Shown: positions 20,217 through 32,440, counted from the first letter of the stretch. The stretch is 64,000 nt of DNA from Cyanobacteriota bacterium (GCA_033764955.1 JANRIL010000005.1:1-64000), one strand, 5' to 3'. Made by a program: numbers and translations. The notes: generated by a model not told the origin, from the sequence alone.

Positions 20217-21218
20217 CTACTCGTCTTCCGCAAAGACAAAGCGATACAGTTCATCCACCGTCGGTTCGGGGCTATCCAGTGCAAAGGCAACGGCATCCTC
20301 CACGGTGGATTGAATTTCTGCCTGAATCGCCTGAAACTCACTTTCACTCATCAGATGATGGTGAAGGGCATGCCGCTCGAAGTGTTTAATGGGATCCCGT
20401 TGCCGCCATTGTTCTTTGTCTTCTGGATTGCGGAGTTCGTCGGGATCGGCGAGGGAGTGGCCACGAAAACGATAGGTAAGACACTCCAGTAGGGTGGGGC
20501 CTTCACCGGCGCGGGCGCGGGCTACCGCTTGTTGGGCTGCCTGCCATACTTCAATGACATTCATGCCATCAATTTGGTAACCCGGCATCCCAAAGGCTGC
20601 CGCTTTTTCGTAGATATCGACTTTGGAGGTGGCGCGATCGTGAGCCATGCCAATCGCCCAGAGGTTGTTTTCCACCACATAGATAATCGGTAAATCCCAG
20701 AGTGCCGCCATATTCAGACACTCAAAAAACTGACCGTTGTTGGAGGCTCCATCCCCAAAGAAACAGGCGGTCACCTGCTCGCTATGGCGATATTTGGCAG
20801 AAAAAGCCGCTCCCGTTGCCACCGGGATCCCTTCCGCCACAAAGGCATAGCCCCCCAAAAAGTTATGCTCCGCCGAAAAGAGGTGCATCGATCCGCCCCG
20901 TCCTTTGCTGCATCCGGTTGCTTTGCCGAATAGCTCCGCCATCACGGCACGGGCAGGTACTCCAGCACTCAGGGCATGAACGTGATCGCGGTAGGTGCTC
21001 GCTACATAGTCGGAGGAGCGCAACGACTTGATCACACCCGTAGAAACAGCCTCCTGGCCATTGTAGAGATGGACAAAGCCGAACATTTTGCCCTGGTAAT
21101 ACATCTGGGCACATTTGTCTTCAAAGGTACGCCCCAAAACCATGTCCCGATAGAGGGTGATGGCCTGCTCACGGGTGATCACAGTGCTGCTAGAAAGGGT
21201 GGGGGGAGCCTGAACCAT
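20217..21218 (-). CDS. pdhA: Pyruvate dehydrogenase E1 alpha
   Basis: [34 protein letters not shown]. Confidence 0.97.
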   Translation of the reverse strand: MVQAPPTLSSSTVITREQAITLYRDMVLGRTFEDKCAQMYYQGKMFGFVHLYNGQEAVSTGVIKSLRSSDYVASTYRDHVHALSAGVPARAVMAELFGKATGCSKGRGGSMHLFSAEHNFLGGYAFVAEGIPVATGAAFSAKYRHSEQVTACFFGDGASNNGQFFECLNMAALWDLPIIYVVENNLWAIGMAHDRATSKVDIYEKAAAFGMPGYQIDGMNVIEVWQAAQQAVARARAGEGPTLLECLTYRFRGHSLADPDELRNPEDKEQWRQRDPIKHFERHALHHHLMSESEFQAIQAEIQSTVEDAVAFALDSPEPTVDELYRFVFAEDE

Positions 21219-21301
21219 ACAAACATCCTTGCAAGGGGCGGTAATTTCTCAAATTACCATACCCCCACCCTTTTCGAGCCAAGTTTCGCTAGATTAAGGG
21301 G

Positions 21302-22126
21302 ATGCTTCGCGCTCGTTTGGCCAGTGGAATCATTGCTATTGCCTTCGCCCTCACGGTTACTTTTCTGGGGGGGTGGTATTTTGCGGCAGCTATCGGGTTG
21401 ATCATCTTTTTGGGACAACTGGAGTTTTTTCATTTGGTCAGAGCCACGGGCACAGCCCCCGCCATGCGAACCACGATTGCCCTCAGTCAAGGGATTGTGA
21501 TTTTGCAGCACCTCAAGCCGGACTGGGTGGCTCCCGCCTTCACGGTGGTGGGATCCGTAATCTGTTTTTATCTGCTTTTTAAGCCCCAGGTCGCCACAAT
21601 TGCCGATGTGGCCACCTCGGTTTTGGGCTTGTTTTATTGCGCCTATTTGCCCAGCTTTTGGATCCGCGTGCGCGCCTTGCCCGCCTTGGCGCAAAGTGGA
21701 GAGGGGCTACGAGTCACGCTCCTCGCCTATGGCTGTATTATTGCTGCCGATGTGGGAGCCTACATGTTTGGCAAGATGATCGGCAAAACCCGCCTCTCCA
21801 TCATTAGTCCCAAAAAAACGGTGGAAGGAGCCTTGGCGGGCATCCTGATGAGTATGGGACTAGCCATGAGCGGAGCCTATTATTTGCACTGGCCTCACTT
21901 TTGGCTAGCGGGAGCGATCATTGGCTTTTTGATCGGCTTGACCAGCTTGTTGGGAGATCTGACGGAATCACTGATGAAAAGGGACGCTGGTGTCAAAGAT
22001 TCTGGGGATCTGATCCCTGGTCACGGCGGGATCCTGGATCGAGGCGACAGCTATGTCTTTACGGCTCCCCTCGTCTATTACTTTATGGAATTACTGAGAA
22101 GTGTTACCCCCGATGTTGTTCAATAG
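21302..22126 (+). CDS. cdsA: Phosphatidate cytidylyltransferase
   Basis: SPKKTVEG, GDLTESLMKRDAGVKDSG..PGHGGILDR.DS. Confidence 0.96.
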   Translation: MLRARLASGIIAIAFALTVTFLGGWYFAAAIGLIIFLGQLEFFHLVRATGTAPAMRTTIALSQGIVILQHLKPDWVAPAFTVVGSVICFYLLFKPQVATIADVATSVLGLFYCAYLPSFWIRVRALPALAQSGEGLRVTLLAYGCIIAADVGAYMFGKMIGKTRLSIISPKKTVEGALAGILMSMGLAMSGAYYLHWPHFWLAGAIIGFLIGLTSLLGDLTESLMKRDAGVKDSGDLIPGHGGILDRGDSYVFTAPLVYYFMELLRSVTPDVVQ

Positions 22127-22250
22127 ATTTCTCACCATCCATGAAGACGAGGGTTGATGAGGGAAAACAGGGCATCTTCGCCAAGACAGCTCTGCCTCTG
22201 GAGATTTTTGTGGCTAAACATTGCCGTTAAACTAAGAAAAGGCATCCCGC

Positions 22251-22613
22251 TTGGAGCAAAGAATGAAGGATCCCGGTGCTGTATTTCGTGAAAGTACCAT
22301 AGGCTATCTCGTAACCTGGGGCATACTGCAATTTATCTGCTTTCGTCTTCTGCCTCAACTCAAGATTTTTGAAGCTTTTGATTTTCAAGAAATTCTGGTT
22401 CCCAGTATTTTGCTGGGCATGTTTGGCTCGATGATCGCAGGGTTAGCCTCATCGGTGGTGGCAGCGTCCAAAACGACCGCCAATCCGCAACGCCAAAAAC
22501 AGGGTCGCTTAGTGGGCTGGGTTTTGGGCACCATTGGGTTTCTGGGAGTTAGTTTCCCCCTCCTACTGGGAGGATGGATATTTTATCAATCCGTCAGGCA
22601 ATCGCTGGAATAG
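22251..22613 (+). CDS. Hypothetical membrane protein
   Basis: Three hydrophobic helices. Confidence 0.6.
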   Translation: MEQRMKDPGAVFRESTIGYLVTWGILQFICFRLLPQLKIFEAFDFQEILVPSILLGMFGSMIAGLASSVVAASKTTANPQRQKQGRLVGWVLGTIGFLGVSFPLLLGGWIFYQSVRQSLE

Positions 22614-22655
22614 GCGTGTTAGCTGCTCCCCTTGTGTGAGCTATTGGGGGATCCC

Positions 22656-25600
22656 TTAGCGCCGTAGTAATGGTTCACTCATCGCCTGAAATCCAGCTTG
22701 CTGCAAGGCTCCAATCGCAGCCTGAGCATTTTTCACCCGATACTGAGGTCCCAGGCGCACCCACTGTTGTTCTGCCCCTGCGGTAATGGCAGCAATGACG
22801 GGGATACGATTTTCCTCCTTATGTTCGGCTCGTTGTCGATTCAAAATATCCTGAAGGCGATAGCGTTGTTGGATATCATTAGCGATTGGCAAGGGCAAGA
22901 TCACCTTCACCAGTTGTACCGCTTCGATAGGCTCCACATCCTCAACAACAAGCTGCACCTGTTCATCCCGTTGATCGACTTTTGCCCAGATCATTAAGCG
23001 TTGATCGACTCCTAATTGGGGAGCCAACCGCTCGTAAGTTTTGGGAAAGACGACGGCTTCGCAACTGCCACTTAAATCCTCCAATTGCAGGATAGCCATG
23101 CGCTCCCCTTTTTTAGTGGTGACTGATTTGATCCCATTGATTAAAGCAATCACACTCACCACTACATCGCCACTCCATTCCGTGAGGTCAGAGAGATTGA
23201 CGGGAGCTAACAGTCTAGCTTGTTCCTGTACGGGTTTGAGGGGGTGATCAGAAACATAAAAGCCGAGCAGTTCTTTCTCTAGTTTTAGTTTTTCCTGAGG
23301 AAGGAAATCGTCAGTTGGCAAGCCAGAGGGAGCCGCAAAAAAGCTTTGATTTAGGGTAGTTGATCCCTCGGCTGAACCACCAAACAAGTCAAATAAACTA
23401 GCCTGCCCAATCGCCTTTGACTTGGCACGATCGGCTGCCCAAGATAACACCGGATCCAGGTCTGTAATCAACTGTTTACGGTTAGGTTGAATGCTATCAA
23501 AAGCACCCGCATAAATCAGAGCTTCCAACCCTCGTTTGTTAATAACCCGTAAATCAACCCGCTCGCAAAAATCGGCAAGTGAGGAAAATTTACCTGAACA
23601 AGAGCGAGTCTCTATAATATTGTGAATAGCAGATTCTCCAATATTTTTGACAGCTCCCAAGCCAAACACAATACTTTTATCTAGGGGGGTAAAGTCCAAC
23701 CCAGACTGATTAATGTTGGGTGGTTCGATCTGAATATCAATCGACAAACAATAAGCAATATAGCGCTGTAGTTTATCTTGATCGCCAGCTACCGATGATA
23801 AAAGAGCTGCCATATATTCAGTAGGGTAATTAGCTTTTAGATAAGCGGTTTGGTAGGTAACAAATCCGTAGGCAGTGGAGTGAGATTTATTAAAGCAATA
23901 CTCAGCAAACGCCACCATTTGATCAAACAGTTCACGAGAGACTTCCGATTTCACACCATTTTTAGCAGCTCCATCAATAAAGCGCTCTCGGTGTTGCTCC
24001 ATCTCGGAGACTTTCTTCTTGCCCATCGCCCGTCGCAGCAGATCAGCCTCTCCTAGGGTATAACCAGCTAAATCCTGGGCAATTCTCATAATTTGTTCTT
24101 GGTAAAGAATCGCCCCATAGGTATCTTGCAAAATGGGTTTGAGCAATTCATTGGCATAAGTAACCTGCTTGCGCCCATGCTTACGGCTAATAAAGTCAGG
24201 AATCATACCTGTATCCAACGGTCCAGGGCGGTAAAGGGCTAAAACTGACGAAATGTCTTCTAGATTGGAGGGCCGTAGTTCCCTCACCACCTGCTTCATC
24301 CCCGACGATTCCAGTTGAAAAATACCTTCCAGTTCTCCTCTTCCCAAAATTTGATAGGTTTTTGGATCATCAAGGGGCAGCTTATCCAAATCTAGAACAG
24401 CACCTCGATTGGCCTTGATTAGATCCACAGATCGCTGAATCATTGTTAGATTTCGCAGTCCCAAAAAGTCCATTTTTAAAAGGCCAAGAGATTCAATATC
24501 TTCCATCGAATATTGAGTAATGACCTGTCCTTCATTATTCTTTTGCAGAGGCACAATTTCATCCAAAGGGTCTTTAGCAATCACCACCCCTGCCGCATGA
24601 ACACCAAAAGTTTTGTTGGTGTTTTCTAGAAGTATTGCCAGATCAACCCAACGATGAGTAACCGGATCTTTTTCGTACCGTTCCCGAAATTCTGGTTCAG
24701 GGGATCCCTCGCTGATCATTTCTTTGAGTTTAGCTGGTTTTCCCCTTGAAACGGGGATCATTTTCGCCATTTTATCCGCCTCGTTATAGGGAATTTCTAA
24801 AACCCGCGCCACATCTTTGAGAATGGCCTTAGAAGTCATACGGTTGAATGTAATAATTTGTGCCACCCGCTCCTTCCCGTATTTTTGAGTAACATATTGA
24901 ATAATTTCCTCCCGTCGATCAATACAAAAATCGGTGTCAATATCGGGCATAGACTTACGTTCGGGATTGAGAAATCGCTCAAATAAAAGTCCGTAATGTA
25001 CGGGATCAATATTGGTGATTCGCAGGGCATAAGCCACAAGGGATCCAGCCGCTGACCCACGCCCAGGCCCAACAGGGATCCCTAGCTGACGGGCATGGCG
25101 AATATAGTCCCAAACCACCAAGAAATAGGTAGAAAACCCCTTTTGCTGAATGATATTAAGCTCAAAACGAATTCGCTCTTGATAGTTTTGAGGAATATCC
25201 TGAGGATGTCTCACCTCCAGTCGTTCACAGAGTCCTTCCCACGTTAGTTTCGTTAAATAGCTATCATGGGTATGATCGGAAGGCACTGGGTAGTCGGGCA
25301 TGCGCGACTCTCCCATAATGTCATAGCTACGAATTTTTTTCAAAACTTCTAGTGTGTTTTCGATAGCTTGCTGAATAACATTATCGGGAAGATGATCGCG
25401 GCATAATCGTTGCATTTCAGTCGTACTTTTTAGGTATTCTGTGCCGCTGTAGCGCAGTCTTTTTTCCTCCGAGATATTCTTCCCTGTTTGAATACATAAG
25501 AGAGCATCATGAGCCTCCACATCCAGACAAGAAACAAAGTGACTATCGTTAGTAAGAACTAGTTTAATATTTAATTCATGGGCAATTTCAACCAATTTGA

Positions 25601-26165
25601 CATTAACTAATCGATCTTCCTGGGATCCATGATCCTGAATTTCCAGATAATAATCTTCTCCAAATAAATCCTGATACCAAAGTGCAATCTCTCTCGCAAT
25701 CTCAGGTCTGCCTTGAAGAATAGCTTGGGGTACTTCACCCGCCAGACAACCTGAGGTAACAATCAATCCTTCTTTATACTGAGTCAGTAAATCTTTATTA
25801 ATGCAAGGGCGAGAGAAAATTCCTTTGCCTTGCATTCCCTCTAAATGGGAAATTGTTGTCAGTTTAACCAGGTTTTTGTAACCCTGTGTATCCTTTGCCA
25901 AAACAATTTGATGATAACGGGGGAATTTTTTCTGTTTGTCGTGAATGTCCCCGTTAATTACATACATTTCGTTCCCTATAATAGGAACTAAACCTTTACT
26001 TTTGCAAAGTTTAATTAGCTCGATTGCTCCATACATCACTCCATGATCGGTCAAGGCAATCCCCGGCATCCCCAGTTGCCCAACCTGCTCAATCAGTCGA
26101 GGTAGTTGGCTAGCACCATCTAACAGGCTATATTCACTGTGCATGTGTAAAGGGACAAAAGACAT
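22656..26165 (-). CDS. dnaE: DNA polymerase III alpha subunit, contiguous, no intein
   Basis: [14 protein letters not shown] domain, [26 protein letters not shown]. Confidence 0.98.
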   Translation of the reverse strand: MSFVPLHMHSEYSLLDGASQLPRLIEQVGQLGMPGIALTDHGVMYGAIELIKLCKSKGLVPIIGNEMYVINGDIHDKQKKFPRYHQIVLAKDTQGYKNLVKLTTISHLEGMQGKGIFSRPCINKDLLTQYKEGLIVTSGCLAGEVPQAILQGRPEIAREIALWYQDLFGEDYYLEIQDHGSQEDRLVNVKLVEIAHELNIKLVLTNDSHFVSCLDVEAHDALLCIQTGKNISEEKRLRYSGTEYLKSTTEMQRLCRDHLPDNVIQQAIENTLEVLKKIRSYDIMGESRMPDYPVPSDHTHDSYLTKLTWEGLCERLEVRHPQDIPQNYQERIRFELNIIQQKGFSTYFLVVWDYIRHARQLGIPVGPGRGSAAGSLVAYALRITNIDPVHYGLLFERFLNPERKSMPDIDTDFCIDRREEIIQYVTQKYGKERVAQIITFNRMTSKAILKDVARVLEIPYNEADKMAKMIPVSRGKPAKLKEMISEGSPEPEFRERYEKDPVTHRWVDLAILLENTNKTFGVHAAGVVIAKDPLDEIVPLQKNNEGQVITQYSMEDIESLGLLKMDFLGLRNLTMIQRSVDLIKANRGAVLDLDKLPLDDPKTYQILGRGELEGIFQLESSGMKQVVRELRPSNLEDISSVLALYRPGPLDTGMIPDFISRKHGRKQVTYANELLKPILQDTYGAILYQEQIMRIAQDLAGYTLGEADLLRRAMGKKKVSEMEQHRERFIDGAAKNGVKSEVSRELFDQMVAFAEYCFNKSHSTAYGFVTYQTAYLKANYPTEYMAALLSSVAGDQDKLQRYIAYCLSIDIQIEPPNINQSGLDFTPLDKSIVFGLGAVKNIGESAIHNIIETRSCSGKFSSLADFCERVDLRVINKRGLEALIYAGAFDSIQPNRKQLITDLDPVLSWAADRAKSKAIGQASLFDLFGGSAEGSTTLNQSFFAAPSGLPTDDFLPQEKLKLEKELLGFYVSDHPLKPVQEQARLLAPVNLSDLTEWSGDVVVSVIALINGIKSVTTKKGERMAILQLEDLSGSCEAVVFPKTYERLAPQLGVDQRLMIWAKVDQRDEQVQLVVEDVEPIEAVQLVKVILPLPIANDIQQRYRLQDILNRQRAEHKEENRIPVIAAITAGAEQQWVRLGPQYRVKNAQAAIGALQQAGFQAMSEPLLRR

Positions 26166-26284
26166 AACCACCACAACCTCAACCAATATCGGTCAACACC
26201 TTAACTAAAATTGAGTATTCTGTCCAGGGATTCGGGCTGATTAGCTTTTATAATCAAATCAATCTATTTTTCAATTTGAGTCGT

Positions 26285-27076
26285 ATGGATTCTCATTTTC
26301 AAGTTGTTGTTCTCAATCAAACCCTTAATCCAGAGCAAGTTATTTATCAAGCCATGCATCAGGATTACAGCTCTCATTTTGTAACCCCTGATGGACGGAT
26401 CCCTGACAATCATGGTGAGATTATTGTTAAACAATTGCTAGAAGGGAATCGAGGTCACTATGGTCCTTTAGAGCATCCACAGATTTCCTTTGGGGCGGGC
26501 TATTTCCCCCACTCCGTTATGCAACAGGCCAGAACCCATCGAGTAGGAATTTCTTTTGATGTACAATCGTTTCGATATACAGGAGAGAAAATTGCCCAAC
26601 TTGGAGAAAAGTTGCTTCAGGAAAAGCATGGTGAGGTTCTTCCTTCTGAGACGGAGGGATCCCTTCACTCACCTTTAGCGGACGCATTGGAGAGCCTATT
26701 TTATATACCTCAAACGGTCATTGATGCCAAAGCTAAAACTCGCCAAGGAATCAAATCCATTGCGGCTGATGCACTGCCCATTATTTTAGAGCAGTACCGT
26801 CAGCAGGCCGTGGCCTATTATCGATTGGTGCATGAGTGCGGCTTACCCTATGAGGATGCCCGCAACGTGATTGGCTACGGGATCCGTCAGCATTTTGTCG
26901 TGTCATTTAATTGCCGTAGTCTAATGCATTTTTTAGATTTGAGAGCAAAAGATGACGCTCAATTGGAAATTCGTCAAATGTGTGACTTAATCCTTCCCCA
27001 TTTTCAAGAGTGGTGCCCCCATATTGCTCAATGGTATGTCAAAAATCGTTGGGCAAAAGCACGGCTTGCTCCTTAA
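26285..27076 (+). CDS. thyX: FAD-dependent thymidylate synthase
   Basis: GHYGPLEH, QARTHRVGISFDVQSFRY, DLRAK.DAQLEI. Confidence 0.95.
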   Translation: MDSHFQVVVLNQTLNPEQVIYQAMHQDYSSHFVTPDGRIPDNHGEIIVKQLLEGNRGHYGPLEHPQISFGAGYFPHSVMQQARTHRVGISFDVQSFRYTGEKIAQLGEKLLQEKHGEVLPSETEGSLHSPLADALESLFYIPQTVIDAKAKTRQGIKSIAADALPIILEQYRQQAVAYYRLVHECGLPYEDARNVIGYGIRQHFVVSFNCRSLMHFLDLRAKDDAQLEIRQMCDLILPHFQEWCPHIAQWYVKNRWAKARLAP

Positions 27077-28163
27077 TAATTGGTGGGGAAAAGTAGCTGA
27101 GGTCACACAGGGAGGTTTCGCCTTCAAGGATTAGATCCCTGACAATCTGAGCCGTAATCGGAGCCAGTAACACCCCATTTCGATAATGTCCTGTGGCAAC
27201 GATCAGGTTGTCATAGGGAGCGGCTAATCCTAGGATAGGTGCCCGTTGCTGTTGAGGGCGGGGGCGCAAACCAGCCCAAGCCTGCTGGAGGGTGGCAGTG
27301 GCTAGCCCAGGACAAATAGCAGTAGCCCGTTGAATGAGGGTTGCCAAATCCGTCAGCGTGGGAGAAGGGATCCCAAATTGAAACTCGACGGTGGCACCCA
27401 CCCAGATGGAACCATCCCCACGAGGAATCAAGTGGGTATCGGCGGCAGTGATCACCGGATTGAGGCAGACATGGGGGGACTCCACCGATAAGGCGACTCC
27501 TTTCACGGGTTGCAGGCGCAGACCAGCCAAACGGGCACTGCCCAATCCTGCCGCTAGAACGACCCAACGGCTTGAGAAGGTCTCTTGGGCAGTGTGAACG
27601 GAACGAACCTGCTGATGACCGGCCTGGAAATGAGTCACCGCCTGATAAAAATGAAACTGAGTGCCTCGTTGAGCCGCTGCCTGGATGAGGGCGCGGGTAA
27701 ATACCTGCGGTTCAATCTGTCGATCGTGGGGAGAGTAAATAGCGGCATCGTAGCCTTCCCCCAAACCCGCTTGCAGGCAGTTTATCTGCTGGGGATCCAG
27801 TACCTCTAGGCGATATCCTGCCGCTTGGCGGGCTTCCAGCGTGGCTTGCCAGTCCGAGAGGGATCCCGGTGGGAGGAGATGCAGCAATCCGTGGCGATTG
27901 ACCGGAATCACCTGCCGACAATCCGCCTCCAATTGAGCAATCAGGGGTTCAAAAGCTTGCCAACTTTTCAAACGGAGTTGTACCACTTCCCCGCTGACCT
28001 GCTGACTCGACACACCCATCAACACCCCCAAGGCGGCTCCTGTGCTGGCGGAGGCGGGGGCAGCGGCATCCAGACAGACAACCGATAATCCACTAGCCGC
28101 CAACTGATAGCTAATAGCGGCTCCCACCACTCCACAACCCACAACGATCACATCCCAAACCAT
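27039..28163 (-). CDS. FAD-dependent oxidoreductase (glycine oxidase ThiO/DAO family)
   Basis: GxGxxG, GLRP, ATGHYRNGVLLAPITA. Confidence 0.88.
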   Translation of the reverse strand: MVWDVIVVGCGVVGAAISYQLAASGLSVVCLDAAAPASASTGAALGVLMGVSSQQVSGEVVQLRLKSWQAFEPLIAQLEADCRQVIPVNRHGLLHLLPPGSLSDWQATLEARQAAGYRLEVLDPQQINCLQAGLGEGYDAAIYSPHDRQIEPQVFTRALIQAAAQRGTQFHFYQAVTHFQAGHQQVRSVHTAQETFSSRWVVLAAGLGSARLAGLRLQPVKGVALSVESPHVCLNPVITAADTHLIPRGDGSIWVGATVEFQFGIPSPTLTDLATLIQRATAICPGLATATLQQAWAGLRPRPQQQRAPILGLAAPYDNLIVATGHYRNGVLLAPITAQIVRDLILEGETSLCDLSYFSPPIIKEQAVLLPNDF

Positions 28164-28390
28164 ACTTTCGCCCTACCTTCAGCCCACTTTAACCCCTCTA
28201 GCTTTAGATCCTGAGGATTCCATAGGGATCCCTAAATGAGTGAAGTTGAGGAGATATTTAGTTGACTCATGCGGCAGCTCAGGTGGGGGAAGGGTGCCGA
28301 TTCCCCGGTTTGATGCGGCTTCAACGAATCGGGATCCCGATCGGTTGGGCTATCAAAAATGGGGCTTCTTGAAGACTGACGGGTTAAAGT

Positions 28391-29125
28391 CTATACCTCT
28401 TCGGGATCAACCCCAAGCTCCCGCAGCCTAGCCGCCAGTCGCTCAGCCCGTTGTTTCTCCTGTTCGGCTCGCTCTTCTCCAGTCAGCAAGAGATTGCCGG
28501 CATCGTCCCACCAGCGCAACCAGGGCAGGCGTTGGTTCATGTATTCCCCTTCCCAAATCCCTAGTTCGACTCCCAACGGCGGGATCGGATAATGTCCACG
28601 CTCGTTTGCCATACACCCAACGTAGCGTCCTCCTATTAACTCGTAAACCTCCACGGACGCTTTTTCCACTTCGTAGATCCCATAAAAAGGGATGTGAATG
28701 GCCTGTTCATAGACCCAAAACTTTCCCGCTTTGGATTCCGTGCTAATGGGAGTTGTATCCCGTTCTTCCGCTCCGTTACCTGAGACAAATTCGAGGGCAA
28801 GCAAGGGAGCAATGATCTCCTGCCACATCACATAGGAACGTCGCCGTTTGCCATTCAAAAGCGGAGGTACATTCGGCACATAAAACCAATCAAGAGCTTC
28901 CGCCCCGCGTTCGGGGGGATCCGTCAATCGCCAATAAATTCCCGAATCTTGTCCAATGGCGTATTGCCCATCGGGATGCAACCGATCCAGAACCGGATGG
29001 ATGGAGCTGGTGAGGAGAAGACTCTGGGGATGTTCCTGAAAATTCTTCACAAACGTTCCATCCGACTCCGGCAATTGCGTATGGTCGGGGAGAGAAAACG
29101 TGAGCGGCGGTTGAGCAAGGGTCAT
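28391..29125 (-). CDS. Uma2 family endonuclease (DUF820)
   Basis: LPDHTQLPESDG, GQDSGIYW, WLRWWD..G.LL. Confidence 0.92.
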   Translation of the reverse strand: MTLAQPPLTFSLPDHTQLPESDGTFVKNFQEHPQSLLLTSSIHPVLDRLHPDGQYAIGQDSGIYWRLTDPPERGAEALDWFYVPNVPPLLNGKRRRSYVMWQEIIAPLLALEFVSGNGAEERDTTPISTESKAGKFWVYEQAIHIPFYGIYEVEKASVEVYELIGGRYVGCMANERGHYPIPPLGVELGIWEGEYMNQRLPWLRWWDDAGNLLLTGEERAEQEKQRAERLAARLRELGVDPEEV

Positions 29126-29199
29126 GGGTTAGAGCAACCACAACAGGTGTATTTTAGCTTTCGGGTTGGAGGACTTTACCCAGAACACTCCCAGAATCC

Positions 29200-30237
29200 C
29201 TATGAGGAGTGGCGATGGTATTGCCGGAAGGAAAGGTAGGGGCGCACCGTGTCGTAGAGATGGCAAGTTTGCACAACTGAGCGGATCAGGGTCCAATTAA
29301 AGTGGGTTCGCGTCATGCGGTCAGCAAAGCGCGCTTGCAACGCACGGTCGGCACGCCGCAGATGATAACTGGGGATGGCGGTGGAAAGATGGTGGGGGAT
29401 ATGCACATTGATGTCATGGCACAGCCACTCCACCCAAAAGGGATATTGACAATGTACCGTACCCGATAATTGAGCCTGCACGGGATCCCAGGCTTCTGCC
29501 TCATGGAAGGGAATATGCGGATGGGTGTGGTGAAAAAGGGTAAAGGTACTCATCCAAAAGTGATAAACCAACCAAGGCATCACCCAAAACTTGACCAAGC
29601 CCCATATCCCCAAAAAATAAGTCAGACTGGGTAAGGCAATTAGCCCAAACCCCAAGACAAGCCCCACCGAAAATCGCCAAGCCTGCCGTTCATGAGCGGA
29701 CAAGTGAGACGGCACTGGAGACAAACCAAAATGGACAACAGCCCAGTGGGCGATGGAAGCTACCCACCAAAAGTAGCTTCGTAATCCTCGATAAAAGACT
29801 TGCATTCCCCTAGACGCACAGGTATATTCCGACGGACGAAAAGGTCTCCAGGCATTGTCCTCCTGCATCTGGTTGGTAAAACGGTGATGGTGATCATGCC
29901 CCAACCGCCAAGCATGAAACGGATAAAGCAGGGGTAGCATAAGCAGGGATCCCAGCCAGTTGTTGAGGCGGGTGGATTTGCTAAACGAACGATGTCCACA
30001 GTCATGGGCAATCACAAACCAGCCTGTTAACGAGGTTCCCGCGAAAACCCAGGCCAATGGAAGTAGCCAGCCTATCGGATTCCAAATTAACCAGGCATAG
30101 GCCAGGGCTGTCGTAGATAAACTCAAGGTAACCAGACCCAAGGCACGTCCAGGGTGGGGTTGAAAGCAATCTCGTGGGATGGTGCGAATTACGTCTTGTA
30201 AGGTCAAGCGGGAGGACATCGTTGTGGCATCAGCCAT
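29200..30237 (-). CDS. desA: Delta-12 fatty acid desaturase
   Basis: HDCGH, HDHHH, HIPHH boxes; DNAW; WMSTFT. Confidence 0.88.
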   Translation of the reverse strand: MADATTMSSRLTLQDVIRTIPRDCFQPHPGRALGLVTLSLSTTALAYAWLIWNPIGWLLPLAWVFAGTSLTGWFVIAHDCGHRSFSKSTRLNNWLGSLLMLPLLYPFHAWRLGHDHHHRFTNQMQEDNAWRPFRPSEYTCASRGMQVFYRGLRSYFWWVASIAHWAVVHFGLSPVPSHLSAHERQAWRFSVGLVLGFGLIALPSLTYFLGIWGLVKFWVMPWLVYHFWMSTFTLFHHTHPHIPFHEAEAWDPVQAQLSGTVHCQYPFWVEWLCHDINVHIPHHLSTAIPSYHLRRADRALQARFADRMTRTHFNWTLIRSVVQTCHLYDTVRPYLSFRQYHRHSS

Positions 30238-30471
30238 AAGGTTATTGACCGGTCATATTTCCAAGGTCTCATCCTATCGGGTTTTGGTCAGACCCCAGCA
30301 GCTTTCCAAACAGCAGATAGACAGAAATCAGTTGACTCCTAGCAGACTGCCTGGGTGGGGGTTCTATGCACCGTGACGAACCCAGGGTTGGGCGTTAACG
30401 TTCCCCTCTCTTTTCCTTTCTTGTGAAACACTGTAAGCAACCTACACCAACCCGATTGAGACGGCAAACAG

Positions 30472-30849
30472 ATGAGTGACCTTACCTTCGTTCAGGAAGC
30501 AACAACTCCCCAGGGGCAAAAACTAGCTGTCCTCAGTTTGCGAGGAAATCTCAATATTACCACCACCGCTGAGGTACGCAGAAAGCTCTATGAAATCATT
30601 CAACGGGGCTATCCCAATCTCTTGCTGGAGGTGAAAGGAGTGGGTATGGTGGATAGCTCAGGCTTAGGGGTTTTAGTCTCGGCTTTACATCGCTGCCGTA
30701 TTCAAGGGGGATCCATTGGTCTCTGTCAGTTACCCGAAAGCTTACGGATGCTTTTGGAGTTGACCTCGATGCACAAGGCTTTGCCCCATTTTGCCTCCGT
30801 GGAGGAGGGGATCCGTCAGTTTCCCAGCTCTACTTTATTTGAGGGATGA
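30472..30849 (+). CDS. STAS domain anti-sigma factor antagonist
   Basis: VDSSGLGVLV motif. Confidence 0.9.
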   Translation: MSDLTFVQEATTPQGQKLAVLSLRGNLNITTTAEVRRKLYEIIQRGYPNLLLEVKGVGMVDSSGLGVLVSALHRCRIQGGSIGLCQLPESLRMLLELTSMHKALPHFASVEEGIRQFPSSTLFEG

Positions 30850-31033
30850 TGCTACTTCAACACATGTCACTTGACAAGCTAACCAGCAACTCTGGTGAGC
30901 AACGATGTTAGGCCGCTTGAGCTATTGATCAGGTTTTGAGCCAACTTCTACCCATCTGTATCAAGAAGCAAGCAACCTGTGAATGGGATGACTGCGATCG
31001 CCAAACCCAGTATCTGAAATTCGATAATTAAGT

Positions 31034-31621
31034 TTAACTGCGGTGTCGCTCTAGTAATGTCTCCACTAAAGATTGTGCTATTTTCAGTTGATTAGGATCA
31101 TTCGACTGTGCAACCCAAGCCGCTAAATCATTCAGCGAACCATTAACCAGGTGAGCAAAACCCTCTGAATCGATCGTATTTAACTCACCCTCTATAACTG
31201 CGATCTGGATGGACTCATGAAGCAACGCAAAGCCATACTGATCCATCTCAGCCAGTTCATCTGCTGCCAAAACGGCAGGAGCTTCAACAAACACTAAACG
31301 CCGAAGGTCGTCTTGATGAGCAACTTCCAAAAACGCCTGACAGCCAACGATAAGCTGCTGCCAATTGGTATCTAAGGGCTGAATTTTAGCTTGGATGTAG
31401 GCTGTGATCTCACCATAGGCTTCAACAATGACCGCCTTAAATACGCCCAGCTTGTCGTTGAACTGGTGATACAAAGCTCCTCGTGTAATCCCTAATTCGC
31501 TGATGATCTCTTCGGTCCGCGTAGCGGCATACCCCTTGGTGGCAAATAAGTGACGCGCTCGATCCAGAATGGCGCGGCGCGTACGACGAGTTTGTTCCGC
31601 TTTGGTCAACTTGGCAGGCAT
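31034..31621 (-). CDS. TetR family regulator
   Basis: TRRAILDRARHLFATKGY..GITRGALYHQF HTH. Confidence 0.92.
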   Translation of the reverse strand: MPAKLTKAEQTRRTRRAILDRARHLFATKGYAATRTEEIISELGITRGALYHQFNDKLGVFKAVIVEAYGEITAYIQAKIQPLDTNWQQLIVGCQAFLEVAHQDDLRRLVFVEAPAVLAADELAEMDQYGFALLHESIQIAVIEGELNTIDSEGFAHLVNGSLNDLAAWVAQSNDPNQLKIAQSLVETLLERHRS

Positions 31622-31640
31622 GGTGAATCGCTTAGCTTTA

Positions 31641-31712
31641 ACATTCAGGCAGTATGTATCTTGACAAGAGGGGGATCCTCTCGCTATCTTAGGATACATA
31701 CAGATTGTATCT
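31641..31712. promoter_or_regulatory. Two TetR operator-like palindromes flanking a sigma70-type promoter
   Basis: ACATTCAGGCAGTATGT and ACATACAGATTGTATCT; TTGACA (31661) N18 TATCTT (31685). Confidence 0.55.
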
Positions 31713-31741
31713 TTATATAGGGATTTCCTCCAAGGGGTTTT

Positions 31742-32440
31742 ATGGTAGCTACCTTCCGCACTCGCCAAGCCACAACTGCTGATATTCCATTCCTCGCCCA
31801 AATTGAGTATGAAGCTTCTTTACCGCCATTCGATCACTGCTTTTGGGAAGATCTGTTAGAGGGGACTGGAACGACCGCCTTGCAATTTATCGAGGCAGAA
31901 CTAAAGACAGATGCGTCTAATTGGGGCAGCGTTGAAGATTTCCTGATCTTAGAGACTGAAGGGAAACCCGTTGCTGCCGCCGCAGGCTATGTGCCCAATC
32001 CAGAAGACTATTGCCCGTTGCGCCTTTCTCGTCTGGAGGCGATCGCCCAGGCTTTGAGTTGGTCTACGGCAACCTTAACCGTCTTTCGCGATCGCTATCT
32101 GGCACTTTGGGGAGGGGATGTGCGACCTTTTTTCCTCACACCCCAGGCACCCTGGATTATTGAAAATGTTGCGGTGTTGCCAGAAGCGCGGGGGCGAGGC
32201 TTTGGCAAAGCGTTACTCAAAGCGTTGCTGGAGGAGGGACGAGCGCAGCAGCATGACTTCGCCGGAATTATGGTGATCAATGGCAACGATGTTGCTCGCC
32301 ATACCTATGAGTCCATTGGGTTTAAGCCCTATCAAACCTTCCACGCCGATTACTTTTCAGAACAATTCAATATCGAGTTTCCGGGAGTGACGAAGTTTGG
32401 TCTGCGGCTTAATGAACAGGAGAATAGCCATGTCCTTTAA
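31742..32440 (+). CDS. GNAT acetyltransferase
   Basis: VAVLPEARGRGFGKALL, N..A...YESIGF. Confidence 0.9.
   Translation: MVATFRTRQATTADIPFLAQIEYEASLPPFDHCFWEDLLEGTGTTALQFIEAELKTDASNWGSVEDFLILETEGKPVAAAAGYVPNPEDYCPLRLSRLEAIAQALSWSTATLTVFRDRYLALWGGDVRPFFLTPQAPWIIENVAVLPEARGRGFGKALLKALLEEGRAQQHDFAGIMVINGNDVARHTYESIGFKPYQTFHADYFSEQFNIEFPGVTKFGLRLNEQENSHVL

Noticed and set aside
26285..27076. Possible intein in thyX
   Set aside because: The length is near normal and there are no intein N- or C-terminal motifs; only a short insertion
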